The notes beneath the pieces were generated by a model, which saw only the letters and a program-made list of their open reading frames with translations, was not told where the DNA came from and searched no databases. This document shows, piece by piece, positions 52,504 to 64,000 of a DNA stretch of 64,000 bases. The DNA is from Paragordius varius (taxonomy: Eukaryota; Animalia; Nematomorpha). The stretch spans positions 11,966,001 to 12,030,000 of the forward strand of contig OZ176050.1 in assembly GCA_964247055.1 (NCBI GenBank), read 5' to 3'. A program made the position numbers and the translations under genes. Position 1 is the stretch's first letter. Every line of letters starts with the position of its first letter.

Positions 52504-52979
52504 CATTTCGACAAATTGGGGTATATAAATACCCCAGACTAAATTTGAGTTAGGATTTTGAAAAAACTAGCGAAAACGGTCCTAATTTAAATTTATACTT
52601 CTATCCTAATAAAATTTATATAAATATACCAAAATATCTATATAAAATTTTGTTTGAAAAAAAAAGTTCCATGTCAAACTACTTCGACGCCATTATTTTA
52701 AAAATTTTTTGCATATCGTCTTCATTTAATTTTTGGGGAAAGTTAAAGCTAATTTTTAAATTACATTAACATTGATAGAAATAGAAAAATTAACATCAAG
52801 TATTTTTGAATAAATTTTTTTATATATTTCGGTTTAATAATGTTATATAAGTGCAAAATTTTCCCATGGTTTCGATTCCTTACATATTTTTTAAAGAATT
52901 TAATTTCAAACAGGCCTGGGGTATTTAACTACCCCAATTTGAATCGAAGGACTATAAATGAATGTGTTGTATCCAAGTG
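52504..52979. mobile_element. Fourth copy of the piggyBac-like MITE, with an internal deletion of about 100 bp
   Basis: TTAA|CATTTCGACAAATTGGGGTA ... GTTGTATCCAAGTG|TTAA; the interior is collinear with 39857-40437. Confidence 0.85.
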
Positions 52980-55187
52980 TTAATATCACTTTCGGCATAT
53001 TGCAATATACACGGAATCTCCTTAATAGAATTTTATTAAGTAAAAACAATATAAAAGTTTTTTGAAGAAAAATATATTTTTATCGTAAAAGCACTTATTT
53101 AAAATTTTTTCACGAAACTTTGCACTTTTTGGGTTAATTTTAACAAGGCATATTTTGAAATCTCCAAGTTGAACTTTTTACCGCCCCTTTAAAAATTCTG
53201 AGAAAATCAATTGTATTTTGATCTTGAAATATAATTGGTAATATATATATATATATATATAGCATCAAAACATAAAAGTTAAAACATTAGTTTTTACCAC
53301 AAAGAATTTATTCAAGATAATGTGCGCAGATTTTGCGATTTTTCGATTAGGCTAATTTAAAAAATAAGGTGATTTTTTTTAAGCTGGATAGACCATTTAA
53401 TTATTGTTCTACGAATCCTCATAGTTTAATTAGGCCATAAATGTCAATAAATTGTATCCATAAATGGAATCCCCAATTTCTTTCCTCACAGTGTACTAAA
53501 AAATGTTAAAGTTATTTTTTTAACATCATTATATATTATATGTATGACAGAATTTAACGATTTAAAATAAACTGAAATAAATTGCCGCCAAAAATTTTGA
53601 CTAGAGGATTGTTTACAATTTTTTTTTAATAATTTATTTAAATAATAGGCTTAAAAGCCCTTAGAATGCATATTTCGGAAACAGCAGACCTAATTTTAAA
53701 TCCCGTTCTATAGGGATTTGGCGAAATTGGTTATATAATCAGGCCCAATAGAGATTTTTTTTAATTGATTTAAGGCAGGGCTATTTTCCATTAGAAATAA
53801 TATTCAAGAGCACTTTTAATATGGGTAATAATGGCCAATAATTATTTTTTTTAATTATATCCAATGTTTTTTAAAACTATTTTTTATTATTATAAGGTAT
53901 ATAATCCATCCTTACTAATGATTTATATTATAATCATTAGTTTCAATAAATATATATTTTGAATATTAAAAAATTAATAAATATTAAGTGTTATTTTTCT
54001 ATAGGTGTAGAAAAAAGCTATATAAAATTTGTTTAATAAAAAACGGCTTGAAAGAGTAAAGGTAGCTGAAAATTGGGAATTTGTGCTTTTAGGTTGTATT
54101 TACCTTTTTCAAGAATTTTATTACATGAAATTTTTTTATTATATATTGATAAAAAAAATTTTGAATATCTATAAAATTACAAATGCATAAGAAAATAATA
54201 TTTTTTTTTAAAAAAATGAATATGATTAATTGATAATGTATATCTAATGTGTGAAATAAAATGTTAATACAAAATTTTGAAACAGAGTTACTGCTAAAAT
54301 CAAAACAATATATACAAGATTACGATAAATTCCTATAAAAAATTTTGATAATTTAGATATTACCAGCAAATGTAATGAAAGGTGAAAATCTATTTTTTCA
54401 ATTTTTGGTATTTATTACATACACTGGTCCCTCTCTCTCTTTCGTGCTCTAACTCATCGATTGATTTGTATTAATCATTAAACAAATATTTGTAATTTTA
54501 TGATGAAAAATAAAAGGATATAGATATATAAAAATTTATGGAGTTGCTATATATCTCTCTTTTTTTCGTATATTGATTTTCAAATATTTATATATCGCTT
54601 ATCGTTTAATTTACCAACAAAACGTGTTAACTATGTACTACGGATAAATGAGTTATATCTCAATTATTTTCTGGCGTTTTTAACTGTGCTAAAAGATTTT
54701 GGGTCTTGCTAAATATTTTGTCTGGCACGTATCAAGTTTTACTATTTTACTTATTTTTCCAATACTTTTTTAAAGCAGCTCGGCGCTAAATTTGGTGTTT
54801 GTTTATTTGTATGTTTATTTATCTAAAATTAATTCACGTCGAAAATATATTTTGGTCCTTAATTTATAACTCCGTCGTTTAATTCCTCGCGACCATATTA
54901 TTAAAGTTGTTTTGGCTCGAATAAAACTAACTACTATATATATATATATATATATATATTTAACGCATAATATCAACCAACATATTCAAAATTAATATAT
55001 TCTGTGAAATCTATTTTTATAATACATTGCGGATATTCTATTTACCAATAAGTCACAAAAAATTATGCAGTAATCTTCAATTGTCGCAAATAAGTTATTG
55101 GACAAAGGTCATCCGTAAAAAATAATTATAACCAAATTATCCAAAAATTAAAAAGACGCAAACAAAGAGAGAGTTAAAAAAGAGAAG

Positions 55188-58100
55188 ATGGTATATATGA
55201 AAAATAATGTTATTCAACATGGATTCGGCATCTCATATCTTTTTATTCTTATTAATCAAATTATCACAAGTATTTTTTTGAACTTTATAAAAATATCATA
55301 CATAGATACATAAAAATTATCATATAAAGTAATATTTGGATTTATTTGCCTGTTTTATAAGAAATATGAACTATCCTCATATATTTTATCCAGTTATAAT
55401 TTTTTACATAGTTAGGCTCGCATGGTTATGTATATTCGCCATATTACCATGAAGATTCCTTCAAACCCTACTCCTATATTAATTTAAATTTTTATTTCTA
55501 AAACCCATTTATATATAGTAGTAATCATTTTACTGCAATAAAATAAATGAAAACTGCCATAAACCAGTGTTAAATATCTTCAATACATTTTATAAAACGC
55601 CTTTCTTATATTTTTTGTGCGACATTAACTTATCTTTGCATTTGTCGCAATTAAAAATTGTAGGAGGCCATGACCTATTCAATGAATACTTGACAGATGC
55701 ATAGCTTGTATTTCTGGCGCCCGCTGAGTGATGAATCCGTAATGGGTCTCCCTCCCCCTACATGCATCCCCTTGCATTTTTATAAAAATAATCCAATTCA
55801 AACCGTACTCATAAATGGGTATTTTTAGGTGTTATTTAAAATAATAACTTTTAATATACCTATTGTTTTAAATAAAATTAAAATTTTTTAAAATCGGCGC
55901 CTCTTCTACTATGGCATCCCCGGTGTATTAGCCCCCTTTCCTCCCTTAGCTATACCTCTGATACTTGATAAAATTTAAGAAGGTTCCATTTCCTCTAAGT
56001 CATATTTCCCAACAATTTTTTTTGGCTGGCATCAGTTGGAAGATGTTGCTCTTTGTTCATCTCATAAAAATGAATTTTTTCCTTTTCTAGAATATGCATG
56101 AATTAATTTGAATCATTCTGTAAAAATTATAAAAATTTTCCTTTGCTCCTAATTACGGTAAAAAATTCACGAATGTCCCGTTTACTTAGCTAAGTCATCT
56201 TTTTATTTTATTTCCTGATGATTGAAACTTGTCCATGGCTGTTCTGATATACCTCAACCCCTAACAATAAGCAAAACTGTAGATTTAAGTCCTTAGTATA
56301 TGTTTTATTCGTTAAGAAATTTTTCAAAATCAATTTTCTTTCACTATTGAAATTGTTGCAAGAATAATTTTGACATAATTTTTTAGTTGATATCATTGGT
56401 GGTGGTTAAAATAGGTTTTAATTACGCCATTTCTAGTTAAAGGATCGCATACAAAACAATTCCATGTTTCGACGCTTTTTTGCTAGATTAATCATAAAGT
56501 TTTAAATCTGAGCACGGGCGATATTTCAACAACCAATAAACTTTGATATATAAACGCAATAATATACCATTTACAATTCATATCCCTTGAACAATTCAAA
56601 TTCACCCACGAACAACTCAGATTCCAGCTGAAATAAATTATCTATTGTAAAAAAAACTACCTAATTTTTTTATATTTTAAAAAAATGAAATTTTGGTTAA
56701 ATTAATATGATAATACCGGAAAAATAATAAACTATGCCATAAGAATATATATTAATGATGACTTATATTAGCCCAAAAACACATAGTTTATTATAGGGTG
56801 AATTTCAATTGAAGGGTTTTGAATTGTTCGAGGGTGAATTTGACTTGTTTAAATGTGAAATTGAATTTAAAATATACAAACAATTTATATTCACGCTTAA
56901 TCTTTTGTATCTTTGTTACTATATCATTAGATTTCATATTTGCCTCACAAGTCCCGTGCCCTACCCCTTTAACTCCGATCTGCCAAAACGGTTGTGAATA
57001 TATACCAAATATTAATGGGAATGATAAAAGCAATAATCAATTTTTATCGGGAAACATTAAATGCATATGTACTGATAATGAAATTACTAGTCCACAAAAC
57101 AATGTAACTTGTATTCCAAAATCTGGATATCAAACATTTTTACTCCTACATTCACCCATAGAACACAAATTTTCAGTTATTCAAACAGACCCCTATTCGA
57201 AACATCTGAAAAATTTTACATCCGATTTTGAAGGAGACAACTCAGATACCGCTAAAGTGAAATGGTTCAACGTTAATAACAATCATAAGTTTACTGACAT
57301 TGAATATGATAGTTTTAACGATATGATATATTGGTTCAATGCGAATGATGTAGAAATTCAAGGAGCACCATTTCCTTCCAATTTTACAACTAATTTACTT
57401 TCCAAAGATGATAGATTGAGCAATACAAATCCCTCAATAAACTATGCAATCCAATCATCTATCACTGTTCGGCCCTTAAATAATATAAGTATATTTAAAA
57501 CTAATAAGATACAAAATTTGGTATAAATCTAAAACATAAAAATTTACAGTAAACAATGTATGCAGACAACATGTAAATACTAAACAAATATTTTATATTT
57601 TTTCAATTAATTTTTTCCACATAAACTATTTAATTGCAGTTTGGAGTTATACAGTTAAGTGCAATAACATTTTGTACCTCTCTATTACCTGTTTTGTAGC
57701 CCAAAAAGATAATTCACAATCATGATTTATAGTTGCAATTTCATTTGTCTGTATAATTTCTTTTTTACTTTATCTGTTAGCGAAACGATATGAGATTGAG
57801 TTGGAATTGGATGCATTGCGTGGTAATTTGTATTATGTTAACAAAGCAACTGGAACATTCAATGTCGTATCTTTGGATGGACGATATCACCGTTATCTAT
57901 TTAAAAAGGAAGGCGTTCTCATACTAAAACTCATCTTTTCATCCAAGCTTGGGTAATTTAAAAACTTTTTTTATTTTATGTGTCTCATAATTTTGGGGTA
58001 GAAACTAAGGAAACCAAAGGATTTTATTTCAATATGCGTATTTTATAAATTTTCCAAAATTTTTAATTGAGAATTAATCGTATGGTAGGATGTGCAAACA

Positions 58101-61100
58101 ACAATGTTTTATTTGATAATTTTTTGCAATATTACAAAATCCTAAATCCAAATAATCCTAAAAAATTAAAATAATTTAACTAAGCCATATAAACGAACGA
58201 TATTCTATCAATCATTTAAAATATTCATGATGGTTAGATTGAATGTTTTAATAATGTGTTAAATATGTTAGGAGATTATTTTGGATTGAAGAACCCATAG
58301 GCCAAATCCTTCCATTTACAAAAATCAAATCATCCGATATCTATGGAAACGAAAAATTTATCTCTGAATGCAAAAGGTGTATCACATTGGCTCTTGATGA
58401 TACGGGTAAATCCATTTTTAGGGCGATTAACAACAATATTGATCAGAAATATTACTAAATAAGAATAAATTTATACACACAAAACCTAAAAAAATAAATA
58501 TAAAAATTTTATCCAAAAGACAACCATAATCTTGACTTTTCCTCTGTAAATTATTTAAATACAATAGTAAATCCATAAATTATTGTGTTAGCAATGTATA
58601 TGTCCATTTCAAATTTGCAATTTTCAATCAAGTTCAAAAAATGTACACAGAAAAAAATATTTGTGTTTATATTTTTACATTTCGTCCATATAACTTCAGA
58701 CTCTGAGTTTAATGAGGATTATTGTTCGTCTTTAAATTATTCTTCCAAATATATAATATAATATTTTTGTAATCGTTCCATAGGTGCACACCCTATTCTT
58801 CACTGGTTGGATGAGTATGAACTCAAGTCATTAGATTTATCCAGTGATGATGGTAAAATGATGGACCCCGATATAATATCAGCCAATGATGTCGCCTATG
58901 ACAAAACTCAAAGGTATGAATCATCCGCAAGTTTATGTACCATAAAATCAGCCTTCAAACCTTATTACAATCAAACGGCCCTAACAGTTTTTGTGTCCGA
59001 TGATGACTGCGTTAAAGCGTTTGACATAAAAACTATAGAACACGAAACGGAACTGAAACGCGCAATTAATAAAGCATGTATTAGGTGTCAACAACTCTGT
59101 CTGCCAAGCTATACCAGTACTCAGAATATTGGTGAAACTAAGGCGAAATATGACATTGTTGATTCTATATGTGCGTGTATGGATGGATATATACCCGATC
59201 CACATAATACTTCAAGTTGCATTACAAGTAATTTTCCCATATGCTTTTTTATCGTATCAACAAACATTTAAATAAAAGGCACACGAAAAAATAGAAAGGC
59301 TTTGCAAAAAAATAAGTTATCGCGTTTCGTAAATATTATCACAATTCCTCAATAATATAGATGGGGCATATCCAATAATATATATTCTTTTCAATACAAA
59401 AATGAAAAATATCAGCAATACTTTTGATAATAGATTGTATGGTAGTCATTTTTTCTTAAAGGAGTATTTCAATTAAACTGATTTCTAAATATTCTGACAC
59501 ATTTAAGGACCATAATTAAACGTCAAATACAGTATGCATTTTAGTGTCTGCCAGCTAAATTTATTGTTAGCCATTCACAAAAAAATGACCTAAGTCATTT
59601 TAATTTTTCTTTATTTTAAAATATCAGTATATACCATTTACAATTCGAATTCATTCTAAAAATAAATTATGTGTTTTCGGGTCAATATGACTCATTACTA
59701 CTAAGAAGTATGTTCTTATGGCATTGTTTATTATTTTTTCAGTATATTAATTTTAAACGTGATTTTAGTTTTTAAAATTTAAAAAATATAGGTGATTTTA
59801 AATTTTAAAAGACACATAATTTATTTTAGGGTGAATTTGAATTGCTCAAAGGTAAATTTGAACTGTTTAAGGGTGAATTTGAATTGTTTAAGGGTGAATT
59901 TGAACTAAATGGTATTTATAATACTTGGAGGAAATGCGAAAGCTTATTTATGGAAAAAAATAATGTTTTTGGAAACCAAAAAGGGAATCAATACAATATT
60001 CTGAAAAGCGTATAGTGCAGGCGATAACCGATTTGATTCTCTCGGCTTATTTATTTAAATGGGTGAAAAATTATTTAAACAGGCGATACCACAAAAGTAC
60101 TTGATGCTCTTAAATATAAGTGTTTAAGAAAAAAATATATACACAGTTTGTATAAATATTAAACTGCAATTTTTGATAAGTTACAATATGACCATTTGCA
60201 GTCGAAGAAATTTAGAAGTTTATCGATACATTTACCGACTATCCAGACTTGTCTTCACTAGTCAGTAAAATTATTAAAATACTCGCTTCAAGTAGTGCAG
60301 CGAAAAAAAGTTTTCCTTAAGCAGAAATATTGCTCACAATTCCACAGAAATCGTTTATATGAAATTCGTTTAAACAAATTAATGGTCGTTAAATATAACT
60401 TATGACTTGATGGTGACAGAACTAACAGTGATGAAGATGAGCAATTATTGGTTGGCTTTTTGAATTTGGAGTGAAAATAAATTTATAAAATTTATAGGCC
60501 AATCATTAGAGCATAAATAATCGGTTTCTATATATTCTATAATAGACAATTTTCCCTTGTCGCTATTAATAATTTATTGTGTTGTATTAAATTTAATTTA
60601 AGGCAAATCTTATTTCCTGGCTGTGAATTAAAACTTTTTGTAAGTCCATATATATGATTACAGTAAAAATCGTTAAATGTAAAAATTTATCAAATTTTAA
60701 ATTATGAGTTTATTGGTGTTTGTAATACATTTTAAAATATATTTTTTATTTAAAAACCTTTTTTAAATAATTTTTTTAATATTTATGTACGGAGTATTTA
60801 TTTCTGGGGCTAAAACTTGGTCTTACTCCACTTTTTGAAAAAAAGCCGTCAAATTTACAGCCCTAGTCAGCTAAATTAAAGAATTGGTTTAACAAATGGT
60901 AAAAATACTAACACACAAAATCATTTTAAAATGCACATATGATAGAGGATTGACGTGAGAATTAACATAAGCTAAATAAGTATTTTGTATTTTGTAAAAT
61001 AGCAATTTATGTCATCATTTGAATTTATGTTAATACGTATTTATGCGGAATTTTTGAAAAATGCTGTATAAATTTATAATAAATATAATATGATATAATA

Positions 61101-64000
61101 TAATAAAAGTCTTTTTTTATTCTTTTTGATTATCATCATTAATTAACGTTAATTATTGACATATTTAACAATGTAAAAAATTATTAAATCCACATAAATA
61201 TATCACAAATCCCAATATTTTTACCTGTATTTATCAAATATGTAAAAAATATTATTATCAATATGTAAAACAAGATAATATAATACATAAATATATTAAA
61301 AGCCGCAATTTTTACAGAGGTATTTTTTAATATGTCTAAAATATTAATAATTAATTAATGACCATAAACAAAAATAATCAAATACCTATATAAATTTATT
61401 AAACACTATTATCCAAAAAATTGCGCATATAAATACGTATTAACAATAAATTTAAATGTTAACATAAATTGGCTATTTCACAAAATTTAGTAAAAGAAAA
61501 TACCCAGCGAATTAAGCCTATGTTAATTCTCACGATAATCCTCTTTCATATGTGCAGTTCAAAATAATTTGTATGTTAGTATTTTTAACATTTGCTAAAC
61601 CATTTCTTTTATTTGACTGGCTGTAAAATAAATTAAGAGACACTAAAAGGCATACTGTATATCAAATGTTTGATTCTTATATTGGTAAATAAATAGCTTT
61701 TTTTGTATATTATGAACGATCCTCTGCCAGCCGTTTCAAATTATCACAGTAATGTAAAACAATTATTTTTTCACAACAATTTTAAACGCAAGATCTGATG
61801 AATATGAAATGAATAGATTCCCATTTCTCTATATCTTTCTTCTCAATTTTAATTATAAATGTATTTATGGGATGGTTTAGGAATACCGAAAGATGATTTC
61901 ATCATAGTAGCCGATGGCAAACTGCGGTCTATCCATATCGTAAATCTCAAAAACACTTCTTTTTTCGAACCGATATACATAAATGAATCATTTATGCCAG
62001 TTGCTTTGAAATACGACCCTTTGTCCCAAAACATGATATGGTCTGACAATGGCCATCACAATTTGCAGTATAGATCCCTATCCCATTTTATCAAGCATGG
62101 TCAACTAGAAAAAGAGTTTGATTCATACGCTGGGAAAAAAATGGTTCATGGCAAAATCTTGCGATACCTCAGTTCACCAAGTTGGTTATTAATTAAATAA
62201 TAATTATAGTAAAAATTGAAATTATACAAAAAAAACGTAAAAAAATAAAAACATTTTTTTTCCCTATTTTTAATTTTAACTCACTGTTTTTAACTACAAA
62301 GTATAAAATAGAGAGATGGGAATCGGTACACAATTAGTTATATATATTTTACAGTAACTAAATGGTTTACAAGGAAAAATAAGGTTTAAAAATAGTATGA
62401 GTGTCTTTTGGAATAAAAAAATTGGTATTTATATTTTTACGTTTTGTCCGTATAATTTCAATTTTTACTCTATAATTTTCTTGGATGATAAGATAAAAAT
62501 TTTTAGAAATATAAACCTATTAAATGATTGGCCCTTTTATTTCATTATCTTTTTTTTAGCTTTTCAAAAATTAAAAACGTTGTTATACTGGGAATATATG
62601 TTATTTCTGTATTTCAGACGGTTTTACTGATGGTATTGCTATTGAACCTATACGCCGACTATTATACTACACTGACAGCTATGAAAATTACATTGGGGTT
62701 TATGATTTAGAAGCTGCATACAATAAACGTCTACTTGAAGGATTAAGTCGCCCAAGAAGCATAACATTAGATAGGATTCATGGGTACTATATTATAAAAT
62801 ACAAATAATGATTTGAAAATATATGATGAGTTTTAAAAATCAGAAAAAATTAAGTCCTAAACTTAAATTTTAACAGTATAGTCATTTTTGTTGAACGAAG
62901 ATATATTTTGATTGCATAAATCAGCAATTTACAAAATATTTCCGCTATAACCCACATCATATTATTATTCAAAATTTTGAATCAAAATTAAAAGGTTCTT
63001 ATGTTGATGTTCTTTATGTTTATTCACCCTAGATTGATATTTTGGACAGAATGGGGTGACAAAGGAAGAATCGCATCTGCCACAATGGCTGGAACCGATG
63101 TACGAAATTTAGTCTCCAAACCGTCACGTAATCTACAATGGCCCAATGCTATCGTTTGTGATCCTAAAAGTATAGATTTTTATTACATTTTTTCTATAAA
63201 ATAATGGCTTACCTTTTTTATGGAGCGGAAATTTATAAAAAATTTGCATACATTCTTTAAAGTCATTTGATTAGGATCCGTAATATTTGTCTTGTGTGTT
63301 TACAATTTCAATTTTTACTGTAAATGTTAACGTTATCTTATTTGCATATTAAAGGAAAACATGTGTTCTGGATCGATGCTGGTTTGGGAAAACTTTTTCA
63401 AGCCAGTTACTTGGGTCATATTCTGAACGAATATAGTGTTGGAAAACATCCTTTTTCCATGGCTTTCGATTCCACCAATATATATTGGTCAGATTGGGCA
63501 ACTGATACCATTCGATCGTTAGCTATTACCAACCAAACTTCTGTAAATTTAATTTTTTTGTTGATTAAATTATTGGGTACAAAATAAGGCTTACATTATG
63601 ATGTGATGTTTTTTGTTTTCTATCAAATCATTTAAAAATTATTAAATATTTAATATATATTATATAATCATAATTGCCATTACAATTTTTTACCTTTAAA
63701 TGGTTGACATAAATTGTTTCCTTCTAAGCAAAATGAATATTTAGCACTTATATAATTCATGTTGTCACATAATAAAGAGTTATCCCAAAGATATAACGGA
63801 TCCCGTATTTGGACGTATGTTAGGCCTGGACATCTTCGAAAAAGAAAAATGGGACTCGGAATTCGCTCTGATAAAGAATTTGACTGTTTTAGATTCAAAG
63901 GATCAACTTAGTGATGGTTGTTTTACCCATGAAATTAGTTTGGAAAAGGAGATAAAAACTAGCAAGAGTGGAAATTCGCTTAGTTCCCTAGTAGGGGACG
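55188..64000 (+). CDS. LDL-receptor-related protein (EGF plus YWTD beta-propeller modules), 5' part; continues beyond the window
   Basis: Predicted exons: 55188-55269 (signal-peptide-like), 56931-57488, 57781-57952, 58272-58405, 58784-59227, 61881 to about 62099, 62618-62783, 63033-63169, 63355 to about 63543, and about 63777 to the end. EGF Cys patterns (CQNGC..C.C..C; CQQLCLP..CACMDGY) and YWTD-like blades (IYWFN, LYYVN, LFWIE, LYYTD, IFWTEWG..LQWPNAIVCD, IYWSDW). Confidence 0.85.
55694..55960. mobile_element. hAT MITE (267 bp) in LRP intron 1
   Basis: Imperfect TIRs CAGATGCATAGCT / AGCTATACCTCTG and a perfect 8-bp target-site duplication ATACTTGA (55686-55693 and 55961-55968). Confidence 0.85.
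56565..56870. mobile_element. MITE family A copy (opposite orientation) in LRP intron 1
   Basis: TATACCATTTACAATTC terminus, 21-bp units and reverse-complement interior; it ends about 60 nt before the exon 2 acceptor. Confidence 0.75.
59632..59914. mobile_element. MITE family A copy in an LRP intron
   Basis: TA|TACCATTTACAATTCGAA ... AGGGTGAATTTGAATTG units ... TAAATGGTA. Confidence 0.8.
59930..60865 (+). mobile_element. Decayed hAT transposon 3' part (dimerisation domain plus right TIR)
   Basis: Frameshifted YPDLSSLVSK..ASSAA.KSF..RNRLYEIRLNKLMVVKYNL matches Dimer_Tnp_hAT (P.LS.LA..PASSA..ERSFS..RNRL..KL..YNL). The terminus AAATTTACAGCCCTA is the reverse complement of TAGGGCTG. Confidence 0.75.

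Noticed and set aside
58981-59205. Minus-strand ORFs opposite LRP exons (also 61849-62049 and 63680-63898) and the plus-strand ORF 22487-22696
   Set aside because: Antisense shadows of real exons; the last is the reverse of the 81-nt plastin exon plus the (AT)n run.

Overview
Very AT-rich, intron-containing eukaryotic DNA (GT-AG introns), most likely an invertebrate animal; the taxon cannot be fixed from the window. I assembled six host genes by hand, checking splice phase exon by exon. They are a 12-exon mitochondrial-type valyl-tRNA synthetase (-), an intronless STIMATE/TMEM110 (-) that stops only 51 nt upstream of the ValRS ATG, a 20-exon plastin/fimbrin (-) with an atypical tail of about 480 aa, a 3-exon class A GPCR (-), an intronless SLC38-family transporter (-), and an LRP-like YWTD/EGF receptor (+) running off the window. 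The rest is rich in transposon debris: RTE LINE, PIF/Harbinger, hAT, a Helitron, piggyBac-like MITEs and two sister TA-flanked MITE families. The most striking object is a 1.1-kb insert filling most of a plastin intron. It encodes what looks like the C-terminal part of a negative-strand RNA virus nucleoprotein and has an arm-loop-arm structure (two 262-bp inverted arms), which is the topology of a copy-back defective viral genome. It would be transcribed as a long hairpin inside the host pre-mRNA. Family assignments come from motif recognition only; no searches were run.
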